From positions 2,520,001-2,552,000 of the forward strand of contig NZ_CP017260.1 in the NCBI RefSeq assembly GCF_001735745.1: 32,000 nt of DNA, read 5' to 3'. Source of the stretch: Formosa sp. Hel1_33_131. GTDB taxonomy: Bacteria; Bacteroidota; Bacteroidia; Flavobacteriales; Flavobacteriaceae. Made by a program: the position numbers and the translations under genes. Positions within the stretch are counted from its first letter, which is position 1. The number at the start of each line of letters is the position of its first letter. Of this stretch, positions 24,216 to 32,000 are shown piece after piece. The notes under the pieces were generated by a model. It did not search any database and was not told the DNA's origin. It saw nothing but the letters and a program-made list of their open reading frames with translations.

Positions 24216-25580
24216 ATGTCTAACACTCTTAACAAAGTCCCCTTAGGTCAAAAGATTGCCTTTGGCTTAGGAATGCTTGCCAACCAAATGTTTCCAGCAG
24301 CACTTGGAATTTTTATGGTCGTTCTCGTACAAAATTTAGGATTTCCAGGTTGGATGTGGGGAATCATATACTTTTTTCCGAGAATATTTGATTCTTTCAC
24401 AGATCCAATAATGGGGTTTATCTCAGATAACACCAAATCTAAATGGGGGAGACGTAGGCAGTATGTGTTTATTGGTGCGATTGTGATGGGAATTTCCTTT
24501 GCAATTATGTGGCAATTATATATAGATAGTGGCGTAGATTATAATTTTGTGTATTTTATGTTTTGGTCCTTTATCTTTTATTTAGGGCTCACTATTTTTA
24601 GTGTTCCTTACGTAGCGATGGGCTATGAGATGAGTGATGATTTTCATGAACGTACAAGCATCATGGCGGTTGCACAATGGATCGGCCAGTGGGCATGGGT
24701 TATAGCTCCATGGTTTTGGGTGATTATGTATATTAACGGCGATGATGGATGGTTTGAAACTGCAGAAGAAGCGACACGGACTTTAGCTATTTGGGTTGGT
24801 GTTATTTTAATGTTTGTGGCGATGGTTCCTGCACTATTTATCAAGAGTAAATCGACTTTAGACGAAGATTATGCCGATTTATCACTTAGTAATATTAAAG
24901 GAAGTTTTAAAGAAATCAAGTTAGGATTTCAAGAAGCGTTGAAAATTAAGCCGTTCCGTAAATTATGTATTTCAACTTTTCTAATTTTTAATGCCTTCAA
25001 TACGGTTGCTACATTTACCTTTTTTGTCATTGTATATCAGTTATTTAATGGAGATGCAGAAGCTGCAAATGCGGGATACTGGCCTTCGTTATTTGGATGT
25101 TTAGGGGCGTTGTCCACAACCTTTATCGTCATTCCGATTGTCACTAGGATGTCTCGTAAGCTAGGAAAGAAAAATGCATTTTTATGGTCTCAAGGGATTT
25201 CTATAATAGGGTACATACTCCTTTGGTTTTTATTGATTCCAGGAAAACCCTATATGTTTATTTTCGCCCTTCCTTTCTTCTCCTTTGGAATAGGAAGTTT
25301 ATTTACATTGATGATGTCCATGACTTCAGATGTAATTGATTTAGATGAATTAAATACAGGAAAACGAAGAGAAGGTATTTTTGGCGCTATTTATTGGTGG
25401 ATGGTCAAATTTGGTTTTGCAATTGCTGGAGCTTTGAGTGGAGTCATTCTATCCGTTATTGGTTTTCAAGAAGGCATTGCCTCTACGGAACAAGAAGGGG
25501 CTATCATTGGTTTGCGTGTATTCTTTTCGGGTTTCCCAATATTAGGAACTCTAATCGCTATGTGGATTATGCGTGACTAT
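24216..25580 (+). other. Domain: GPH/MFS transporter module (12 TM)
   Basis: The TM segments are arranged 6+6 around a charged central loop (KSKSTLDEDYADLSLSNIKGSFKEIK). Confidence 0.8.
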
Positions 25581-26564
25581 GATCTTACAGAAGAAAAAGC
25601 GGTAAAAATCAGTGCTGAACTAGCAAAACGAAAAGAGAAACCAACCTCTTTTTATCAAACAAATAAGTTAGCATCCTTACTCGCTTCAGGAATACAAATT
25701 GATTCGACTTCGGATACTGATTTCACTTCAAAATCGGATGCGGATATTAAAGCCCTGTTTTCAGAAACTTTAAATAAGGGTCTGCACGGCATGTGTTTTA
25801 GCCCGTATTTAGAAGGACAAAACATTGGAAATCAGTTATCGGAATCTCAAATCAGTCAACGTATGGATGTCATTGCACCTTACACTCAATGGGTGCGTTC
25901 ATTCTCCTGTACTGAAGGGAACGAGCATACACCTAAAATTGCCCACGAAAAACATTTAAAAACAATGGTGGGTGCATGGATCGGAAGTGATAAAGCTCAG
26001 AACGAAAAAGAGCTCAACACCTTAATCAAACTTGGAAAATCGGGGTTTGTAGATATCGCAGTTGTAGGGAATGAAACCTTGATGCGTGAAGAATTAACAG
26101 AAGAAGAATTGATTGCGTATATAAACCGTGTCAAACGCTCCCTACCAGGAATTCCTGTGGGTTATGTGGATGCCTATTACCAATTTGTAGAACGCCCTAA
26201 GCTGATTGATGCTTGTGACGTTATTTTAGCTAATTGCTATCCGTTTTGGGAAGGCTGTAGTATTGAGCAATCAGCAACGTATTTAAAGCAAATGTATGCC
26301 GTCACACAACAAGTAGCCAATGGGAAGCCTGTTATTATTACAGAAACAGGCTGGCCAAACCAAGGAGATCACACAAAAGATGCGGAACCTTCAGAAAACA
26401 ATGCGATGAAATATTTTATAGATACTGCCAATTGGGCGGGACAAAATGAAGTACCACTATTCTATTTCTCCTCATTTGATGAGTCATGGAAAGTACATCA
26501 CGAAGGAGATGTTGGAGCACGCTGGGGACTTTGGGATAAGAATGAGAATTTAAAATTTCAATAA
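24216..26564 (+). CDS. Fusion protein: 12-TM GPH/MFS-type sugar:cation symporter + C-terminal cytoplasmic GH17 domain
   Basis: A single uninterrupted 782-aa ORF. GPH motif RIFDSFTDPIMGFISD. I counted 12 hydrophobic segments in aa 1-455. Linker is aa 456-515. The GH17 part carries VVGNETLM (E620, nt 26073-26075) and IITETGWPN (E710, nt 26343-26345). Confidence 0.85.
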   Translation: MSNTLNKVPLGQKIAFGLGMLANQMFPAALGIFMVVLVQNLGFPGWMWGIIYFFPRIFDSFTDPIMGFISDNTKSKWGRRRQYVFIGAIVMGISFAIMWQLYIDSGVDYNFVYFMFWSFIFYLGLTIFSVPYVAMGYEMSDDFHERTSIMAVAQWIGQWAWVIAPWFWVIMYINGDDGWFETAEEATRTLAIWVGVILMFVAMVPALFIKSKSTLDEDYADLSLSNIKGSFKEIKLGFQEALKIKPFRKLCISTFLIFNAFNTVATFTFFVIVYQLFNGDAEAANAGYWPSLFGCLGALSTTFIVIPIVTRMSRKLGKKNAFLWSQGISIIGYILLWFLLIPGKPYMFIFALPFFSFGIGSLFTLMMSMTSDVIDLDELNTGKRREGIFGAIYWWMVKFGFAIAGALSGVILSVIGFQEGIASTEQEGAIIGLRVFFSGFPILGTLIAMWIMRDYDLTEEKAVKISAELAKRKEKPTSFYQTNKLASLLASGIQIDSTSDTDFTSKSDADIKALFSETLNKGLHGMCFSPYLEGQNIGNQLSESQISQRMDVIAPYTQWVRSFSCTEGNEHTPKIAHEKHLKTMVGAWIGSDKAQNEKELNTLIKLGKSGFVDIAVVGNETLMREELTEEELIAYINRVKRSLPGIPVGYVDAYYQFVERPKLIDACDVILANCYPFWEGCSIEQSATYLKQMYAVTQQVANGKPVIITETGWPNQGDHTKDAEPSENNAMKYFIDTANWAGQNEVPLFYFSSFDESWKVHHEGDVGARWGLWDKNENLKFQ
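25761..26561 (+). other. Domain: GH17 module fused to transporter C-terminus
   Basis: Gapless alignment to the downstream 302-aa GH17 at a 927-nt offset, with 156/258 identical residues (about 60%) by hand count. Confidence 0.85.
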
Positions 26565-26579
26565 TAAAACTACAGTACT

Positions 26580-27488
26580 ATGTCATTTAAAGAAGGTCAA
26601 CAATTTTCGCTAAAAAAAATCGATCAACCCTACGAATCTGGAGTTAATTTCACGAAACTATCTACAGAAGGTTTAGAAGAATTATGGAAACATACCTTAA
26701 ACAACGGAATGCACGGTTTGTGTTTTAGTATGTATGAAGACGGCCAAGGGCCTGGTAATAAAATTACAGAACATCAGGTTGATAGACGTATGCAAGTGAT
26801 CAAGCCTTACACCAAATGGGTGCGCTCATTTTCGTGTATTGAAGGCAATGAATTCATCCCTCGCATGGCGCACAAACACGGCATTAACACCTTGGTTGGT
26901 GCTTGGTTGGGTGATGACTTAGAAAAAAACGAAGAAGAACTAGAAGCCTTAATTGCATTGGCAAAAGAAGGCTGTGTAGATATAGCTGCCGTTGGCAATG
27001 AAGTGATGTATAGAGAAGAACTCACAGAAGCACAGTTGTTAGAATACATCCTTAGAGTAAAAGAAGCATTGCCCGGAATTCCAGTAGGCTATGTGGACGC
27101 TTATTATGAGTTTACACAGCGACCAAAAATCGCAAAAGCTTGTGATGTCATTTTAGCCAATTGCTATCCCTATTGGGAAGGCTGTAGCCAAGAAGACTCC
27201 TTAAATCACATTCAAAAAATGTTTGGCGAAGCAGTTGATGCGGCACAAGGAAAAAAAGTAATAATTACTGAATCTGGCTGGCCGAGTGAAGGCGGCAGTT
27301 TAAGAGGGGCGTTTTCATCTAAAGAAAATGCAATGCGCTATTTTATAAATGTCCAAAAATGGTCTAAAGAAGCCAATATAGATCTATTTTATTTCTCCTC
27401 CTTTGATGAATCATGGAAAGTGGGCACCGAAGGCGATGTTGGTGCCTATTGGGGTCTGTGGGATAAAAATGAGAAGTTGAAGTTTTAG
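26580..27488 (+). CDS. GH17 family protein, soluble, no signal peptide (cytoplasmic paralog of the fused domain)
   Basis: AAVGNEVMY and IITESGWPS catalytic motifs, plus FYFSSFDESWK. The N-terminus MSFKEGQQFSLKKIDQ is hydrophilic. Confidence 0.85.
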   Translation: MSFKEGQQFSLKKIDQPYESGVNFTKLSTEGLEELWKHTLNNGMHGLCFSMYEDGQGPGNKITEHQVDRRMQVIKPYTKWVRSFSCIEGNEFIPRMAHKHGINTLVGAWLGDDLEKNEEELEALIALAKEGCVDIAAVGNEVMYREELTEAQLLEYILRVKEALPGIPVGYVDAYYEFTQRPKIAKACDVILANCYPYWEGCSQEDSLNHIQKMFGEAVDAAQGKKVIITESGWPSEGGSLRGAFSSKENAMRYFINVQKWSKEANIDLFYFSSFDESWKVGTEGDVGAYWGLWDKNEKLKF

Positions 27489-27646
27489 GAATCGAATCGT
27501 TTAAAAAAGAAAGGTTTTTTGTTTGTTGGAGTGATTATTCTAGCACAACTTAAAACCTTTTTCTTATTTGACATTATAACAAACCCCTCTTATAAGTTTT
27601 ATTATTCCGTAATATTCAGTAGTTTTAAGTCCTCAAATTTATTGAA

Positions 27647-29185
27647 ATGCTCAAAAAAGTCTACGGAAGCGCTGTCTTTGGCGTGGAAGCACATACCATC
27701 ACTATTGAAGTCAATGTCGATAAAGGCATTGGTTACCATCTGGTAGGATTGCCAGATAATGCTATTAAAGAAAGTAATTTCCGTATTGCGGCGGCCCTTC
27801 AGAACAATGGTTATAAAATTCCTGGTAAAAAACTCATTATTAATATGTCGCCAGCCGACATGCGCAAAGAAGGCTCTGCCTATGATTTGCCCTTAGCGAT
27901 GGGAATTCTAACCGCCTCCAATCAAATTACAGAAGACCATATCGAGCGCTATATCATTATGGGAGAGCTCTCCTTAGACGGAACGGTGCAATCTATAAAA
28001 GGCGCACTACCCATAGCTATTAAAGCCTTAGAGGAAGGTTTTGAGGGATTTATCTTACCGAAAGAAAACGCCAAAGAAGCTGCCATCGTCAGTGGTTTGA
28101 AAGTGTATGGGGTTGAACACATCTCTGAAGTAATCGACTATTTTCATAACAACAAGCCCTTAGAACAAACCATTGTGGATACCCGAGCCGAGTTTCAAAA
28201 AAACCTTGAGCATCCCGAATTTGACTTTTCAGATGTCAAAGGGCAAGAGAGTATCAAGCGCTGTATGGAAATTGCGGCATCTGGTGGACATAACATTATA
28301 TTGATTGGCCCTCCGGGAGCAGGGAAAACAATGCTCGCCAAGCGGTTGCCTTCCATTTTACCTCCGATGACTTTGCACGAAGCATTGGAAACCACCAAAA
28401 TACATTCGGTTGTGGGGCGTGTTGGGGCTCAAAAAGGACTGATTGCACAACGCCCATTTCGATCGCCCCATCATACAATTTCAAACGTCGCTCTTGTGGG
28501 CGGTGGGAGCTATCCGCAACCTGGGGAGATTTCACTATCTCACAACGGCGTATTGTTTTTAGATGAATTGCCCGAGTTTAAACGTGAAGTTCTCGAAGTC
28601 ATGCGACAACCGTTGGAAGATCGAGAAGTCACGATTTCACGTGCGAAGTTTACAGTTACCTACCCAAGTAGTTTTATGTTGGTCGCCAGTATGAACCCAA
28701 GTCCAAGCGGGTATTTCAACGATCCGAATTCGCCAATGATGTCTTCAGCCACCGAAATGCAACGCTATTTAGGTAAAATTTCGGGACCTTTATTGGATCG
28801 TATTGACATCCATATAGAGGTGACGCCCGTGCCTTTTGAAAAGTTGTCAGACGAGCGAAAAGGGGAGTCCTCCGTAGATATTAGAAAACGGGTGACCAAA
28901 GCCCGTGAGCTGCAAACCAAACGCTTTGAGGATTCTGAGGTCGTACATTACAACGCACAAATGAACACCAAACAAATCCGGAAATACTGCAAGTTAGACG
29001 ACACGTCCATGCAGCTTTTGAAAACTGCTATGGAGCGTTTAAACTTATCTGCTCGTGCCTACGATCGCATCCTAAAAGTTTCCAGAACCATTGCCGATTT
29101 AGAAGGTGCTTTGTCTATTGAAAGCACTCATATTAGCGAAGCCATTCAATACCGAAGTTTGGATCGAGAGGGGTGGTTAGGATAA
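27647..29185 (+). CDS. comM: YifB/ComM family Mg-chelatase-like AAA+ ATPase
   Basis: The N-terminus MLKKVYGSAVFGVEAHTITIEV is typical of the family. Walker A LIGPPGAGKTMLAKR and LFLDELPEF are present. Length is 512 aa. Confidence 0.92.
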   Translation: MLKKVYGSAVFGVEAHTITIEVNVDKGIGYHLVGLPDNAIKESNFRIAAALQNNGYKIPGKKLIINMSPADMRKEGSAYDLPLAMGILTASNQITEDHIERYIIMGELSLDGTVQSIKGALPIAIKALEEGFEGFILPKENAKEAAIVSGLKVYGVEHISEVIDYFHNNKPLEQTIVDTRAEFQKNLEHPEFDFSDVKGQESIKRCMEIAASGGHNIILIGPPGAGKTMLAKRLPSILPPMTLHEALETTKIHSVVGRVGAQKGLIAQRPFRSPHHTISNVALVGGGSYPQPGEISLSHNGVLFLDELPEFKREVLEVMRQPLEDREVTISRAKFTVTYPSSFMLVASMNPSPSGYFNDPNSPMMSSATEMQRYLGKISGPLLDRIDIHIEVTPVPFEKLSDERKGESSVDIRKRVTKARELQTKRFEDSEVVHYNAQMNTKQIRKYCKLDDTSMQLLKTAMERLNLSARAYDRILKVSRTIADLEGALSIESTHISEAIQYRSLDREGWLG

Positions 29186-29263
29186 TTTACAGATATTAAA
29201 TTATAAGTTTACATTATCTTAATAATTACTTGACAAACAAATACTTAAGAAATCACTATAAGA

Positions 29264-29294
29264 AAAAACTATGACAATTCATAAGTTGTTTTTA
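29264..29294. terminator. Possible bidirectional terminator between convergent comM and aldehyde dehydrogenase genes
   Basis: AAAAAAC-TATGA-CAAT-TCATA(A)GTT-GTTTTT: an 8-bp stem with one bulge and a 4-nt loop. An A-run lies upstream and a T-run downstream. Confidence 0.4.
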
Positions 29295-29299
29295 AGTCT

Positions 29300-30676
29300 T
29301 TACCCTAGAAATTTAAACAGCCGCTTCAGCTTTTTAAGCTTGTTTGTGTAGGGCGCATAGCGTAGTGGAATGTCCAACCAATTTCCTTTAATAACGATGC
29401 CTTTTTTGTGCGAAAATGTATCAAATCCAAGCCGCCCATGATAGGCTCCAATACCACTTTCTCCGACCCCTCCAAAAGGTAATTTAGAGTTTCCGAAATG
29501 AATCATGGTATCGTTGATTGTGCCTCCTCCAAAACTATAAGTTTCAATCATCTTTTTGTAAAAAGATTTATTATTTGAAAAGACATAAAACCCAAGAGGT
29601 TTGTCATATTGACTTAAAACGGACTGGATGTCCTCTTCGGTTTCATAACTCAAAATGGGTAAGATAGGGCCGAAAATTTCATCTTTCATAACTTCTGAAT
29701 CCATAGAGGGTTCGTCAATTAGCGTAGGAGCGAGGTAGCAATCGGAGATGTCGTATGAACCTCCAAACACCACCTTAGAGTCGGTAAGCATCGTTGTCAA
29801 CCTAGATAAGTTGGCAGCATTGATAATCCGAGGGTAATCCTCGGATTCTTGTGGGTTTACGCCGTAAGCTTTCGTGATTTCGGTTTTTAAATCAGAAATC
29901 AACTGTGCTTTTACAGAGGAATGAACCAATAAATAATCAGGTGCTATACACGTTTGCCCTGCATTGACAAATTTACCCCATACCAATCGTTTTGCGATCA
30001 GTTGTGTTGGCATGCTGTCATCTACAATACAAGGATTTTTACCGCCCAATTCGAGTGTTAAAGGAGTTAAATAAGGTGCTGCAGCTTTGGCTACAATTTT
30101 CCCGACGGGAACACTTCCTGTAAAGAAGATGTAGTCCCAGCGTTCTTTTAAAAGCAAGGTGGTTTCAGGAATACCTCCTTGAATCACTTTGAGGTGTTCG
30201 GGTCTAAACACAGCACTTAGGATGTTTTCTAGTAACTGCGAGGTGTGCGTCGTATGCTCACTTGGTTTTAGAACTACTGTATTTCCTGCAGCAATGGCAG
30301 CGATGACAGGAGCAATTGCCAACTGAAACGGGTAGTTCCAAGGCGCAATAACCAATACAGTTCCGTAAGGCTCGCTGTAGATGAAATCTCTTGAGGGGAA
30401 ATTAAGTCCCGCAGCTCTTATTTTTTTGGGTTTCGACCAAGAGTCAATATGTTTTAAAGTGGCGTCAATTTCAGAGATGATAATACCGACTTCACTAAAA
30501 TAAGCTTCAAACTTCGATTTTTTAAAATCCTTATAAAGTGCTTCGTAAATAGCCTCTTCTTTTTTAAGAATCTCTGAACGAAGGTTGCTAAGTAATTTTT
30601 TAAGCATTCCGACATCACGAGTGGCACGTGTTTGAAAATACTGTTTTTGAGTCTCTAAAATTAATTTCGCTTCCAT
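29300..30676 (-). CDS. Aldehyde dehydrogenase family protein (ALDH3-like)
   Basis: LELGGKNPCIV and catalytic Cys motif GQTCIAPDY are present. Length is 458 aa. Confidence 0.9.
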   Translation of the reverse strand: MEAKLILETQKQYFQTRATRDVGMLKKLLSNLRSEILKKEEAIYEALYKDFKKSKFEAYFSEVGIIISEIDATLKHIDSWSKPKKIRAAGLNFPSRDFIYSEPYGTVLVIAPWNYPFQLAIAPVIAAIAAGNTVVLKPSEHTTHTSQLLENILSAVFRPEHLKVIQGGIPETTLLLKERWDYIFFTGSVPVGKIVAKAAAPYLTPLTLELGGKNPCIVDDSMPTQLIAKRLVWGKFVNAGQTCIAPDYLLVHSSVKAQLISDLKTEITKAYGVNPQESEDYPRIINAANLSRLTTMLTDSKVVFGGSYDISDCYLAPTLIDEPSMDSEVMKDEIFGPILPILSYETEEDIQSVLSQYDKPLGFYVFSNNKSFYKKMIETYSFGGGTINDTMIHFGNSKLPFGGVGESGIGAYHGRLGFDTFSHKKGIVIKGNWLDIPLRYAPYTNKLKKLKRLFKFLG

Positions 30677-30679
30677 AGT

Positions 30680-31414
30680 TTATACATCAATGTGATTCAT
30701 ACATTCCTTCCATAATACCTCGTTTGGAGGGGGCGCAGTAACGGATGTTAACTGCTCATTTACAGGATGTGTAAATGAAATATTTCGGGCGTGTAAATGG
30801 ATACTCCCGTCGGGGTTGCTACGGTCAAATCCATATTTCAAATCACCTTTGATAGGACTTCCAACAGTAGATAACTGACTTCTGATTTGGTGGTGTCTTC
30901 CCGTTTCAAGATTGACTTCAAGAAGGTGGTAGCGGTCCAAACTATAGATTAATTCATAATGCAGTACCGCCTTTTTACTTTGATCAACTTCTTTAATATA
31001 TGCTTTTGACTTGTTGTTTTTAGGATTTTTCTTAAGCCAGTGAATGAGTGTGTCTTTTAATTTTGAGGGCTTATTCTTCACAACAGCCCAATAAGTTTTA
31101 TTTATTTTTTTGTTCAAAAACAATGCATTCATTCTCGTGAGTGCTTTAGAAGTTTTAGCAAATACAACAATTCCGGTGGTAGGGCGGTCCAACCGATGCG
31201 TGACTCCCAAATAAACAGCCCCTGGTTTGTTGTACTTCTTTTTTATATACCCCTTTACAATATCACTGAGAGGCGTGTCTCCAGTTTTATCACCCTGAAC
31301 AAGGTCTCCAGAGCGTTTATTGATGACTATTAAATGATTGTCTTCATGAAGAATTTGAAGGTTGTCAATATTTGAAACAATCTTATCCATCAATTTAATA
31401 CTGTTCGTTTTCAC
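30680..31414 (-). CDS. RluA-family RNA pseudouridine synthase
   Basis: Catalytic-Asp motif [16 protein letters not shown], plus [14 protein letters not shown] and [10 protein letters not shown]. The first ATG (31414) overlaps panB by 20 nt. An alternative ATG at 31390 removes the overlap. Confidence 0.88.
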   Translation of the reverse strand: MKTNSIKLMDKIVSNIDNLQILHEDNHLIVINKRSGDLVQGDKTGDTPLSDIVKGYIKKKYNKPGAVYLGVTHRLDRPTTGIVVFAKTSKALTRMNALFLNKKINKTYWAVVKNKPSKLKDTLIHWLKKNPKNNKSKAYIKEVDQSKKAVLHYELIYSLDRYHLLEVNLETGRHHQIRSQLSTVGSPIKGDLKYGFDRSNPDGSIHLHARNISFTHPVNEQLTSVTAPPPNEVLWKECMNHIDV

Positions 31415-32000
31415 TAGGAAAGTCAGAAGATTTTACATCGTCAATGTATTGATTGATTGCTGTGGTCATTTCTTCGTGTAGGCTCAAATAGCGACGTAAA
31501 AAACGCGGGTGAAATTCTTGCGTCATTCCAAGCATGTCATGTAATACGAGTACCTGTCCATCAACGCCGCCACCAGCTCCGATTCCAATAACAGGGATGC
31601 TAATACTTTCAGCAACTTGTTGTGCTAAGGCTGCGGGAATTTTTTCAAGGACCAGAGCGAAGCAGCCTAGGCGCTCTAGAAGTTTTGCGTCTTCAATTAG
31701 TCGTAAAGCCTCTTCTTCCTCTTTGGCTCTTACGGTATAAGTTCCAAATTTATAGATCGATTGAGGTGTAAGTCCTAAATGGCCCATGACAGGAATTCCG
31801 GCATTTAATATCTTTTTAATAGAATCTTTAATTTCTTTACCGCCTTCTAACTTTACGGCATGTCCACCACTTTCTTTCATGATGCGAATTGCAGAGCGTA
31901 AGGCTTCTTTAGGGTCACTTTGATAGGTTCCAAAAGGCAAGTCAACCACCACCAGCGCACGATCGATGGCACGTACTACAGAAGACGCGTGGTAAATCAT
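31395..32000 (-). CDS. panB: 3-methyl-2-oxobutanoate hydroxymethyltransferase, C-terminal about 200 aa (gene continues past right edge)
   Basis: [27 protein letters not shown] and PVIGIGAG are PanB motifs. The M at the window edge is internal (about 70 N-terminal residues missing). Confidence 0.9.
   Translation of the reverse strand: MIYHASSVVRAIDRALVVVDLPFGTYQSDPKEALRSAIRIMKESGGHAVKLEGGKEIKDSIKKILNAGIPVMGHLGLTPQSIYKFGTYTVRAKEEEEALRLIEDAKLLERLGCFALVLEKIPAALAQQVAESISIPVIGIGAGGGVDGQVLVLHDMLGMTQEFHPRFLRRYLSLHEEMTTAINQYIDDVKSSDFPSENEQY

Noticed and set aside
27509-27563. Long hairpin (AAAGGTTTT ... AAAACCTTT, followed by a T-run) as the terminator of operon 2.
   Set aside because: The 9-bp AT-rich stem encloses a loop of about 33 nt, which is weak for an intrinsic terminator. 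It is kept only as a possibility and not annotated.
27519-27746. 75-aa plus-strand ORF upstream of and overlapping the comM start.
   Set aside because: It is a low-complexity, AT-rich translation that overlaps the canonical comM N-terminus (MLKKVYGSAVFGVE) in another frame. It is most likely intergenic.
27489-29185. comM as a genomic-island integration hotspot, which would make the glycan locus a mobile insertion.
   Set aside because: comM is intact (full-length 512 aa). I could not see an integrase, transposase, tRNA or flanking direct repeats, and composition looks uniform by eye.
1-32000. Scan for CRISPR arrays, rRNA/tRNA genes, IS elements and toxin-antitoxin or defence-type gene pairs.
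   Set aside because: No regularly spaced direct repeats, tRNA-like cloverleaf regions, transposase or integrase ORFs or defence-gene signatures were seen. This was a visual scan only, so small RNAs could have been missed.

Overview
AT-rich chromosomal segment that looks like a marine Flavobacteriia (Bacteroidota) genome: Bacteroidota-style lipoprotein boxes, PKD/CBM surface proteins and a Lacal_2735-type small protein. There are four blocks. (i) 1-6532, minus strand: a photoreactivation / light-stress cluster. It holds a truncated photolyase, SRPBCC, TspO, glutathione peroxidase, SDR, GTP cyclohydrolase I, a TIGR03643-like protein, an Fe-S (6-4)-photolyase-type protein, DUF2256 and a flavin-reductase-like protein. 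(ii) 6533-9228, minus strand: ABC1/UbiB kinase, TetR-like regulator and a MIP channel. (iii) 9743-27488, plus strand: a ten-gene beta-1,3-glucan (laminarin-type) utilisation locus split into two operons by a terminator at about 17615-17647. Operon 1 looks cell-surface: a 1049-aa clan GH-A domain fused to a roughly 620-aa beta-barrel-like region, a CBM/Ig lipoprotein, a GH16 and a PKD + 4xCBM-like protein. Operon 2 looks periplasmic, inner-membrane and cytoplasmic: a GH94-like/GH149-type phosphorylase, a GH17 lipoprotein, a GH30 lipoprotein, an MFS(GPH)-GH17 fusion and a soluble GH17 paralog. No SusC/SusD pair and no regulator are visible in the locus. The barrel-fusion protein and the transporter-glycosidase fusion are the most unusual items. 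(iv) 27647-32000: comM/yifB, aldehyde dehydrogenase, an RluA-family pseudouridine synthase and panB (truncated at the right edge). I saw no rRNA, tRNA, CRISPR array, transposase or integrase. All family calls come from motif recognition by eye, and no database search was possible.
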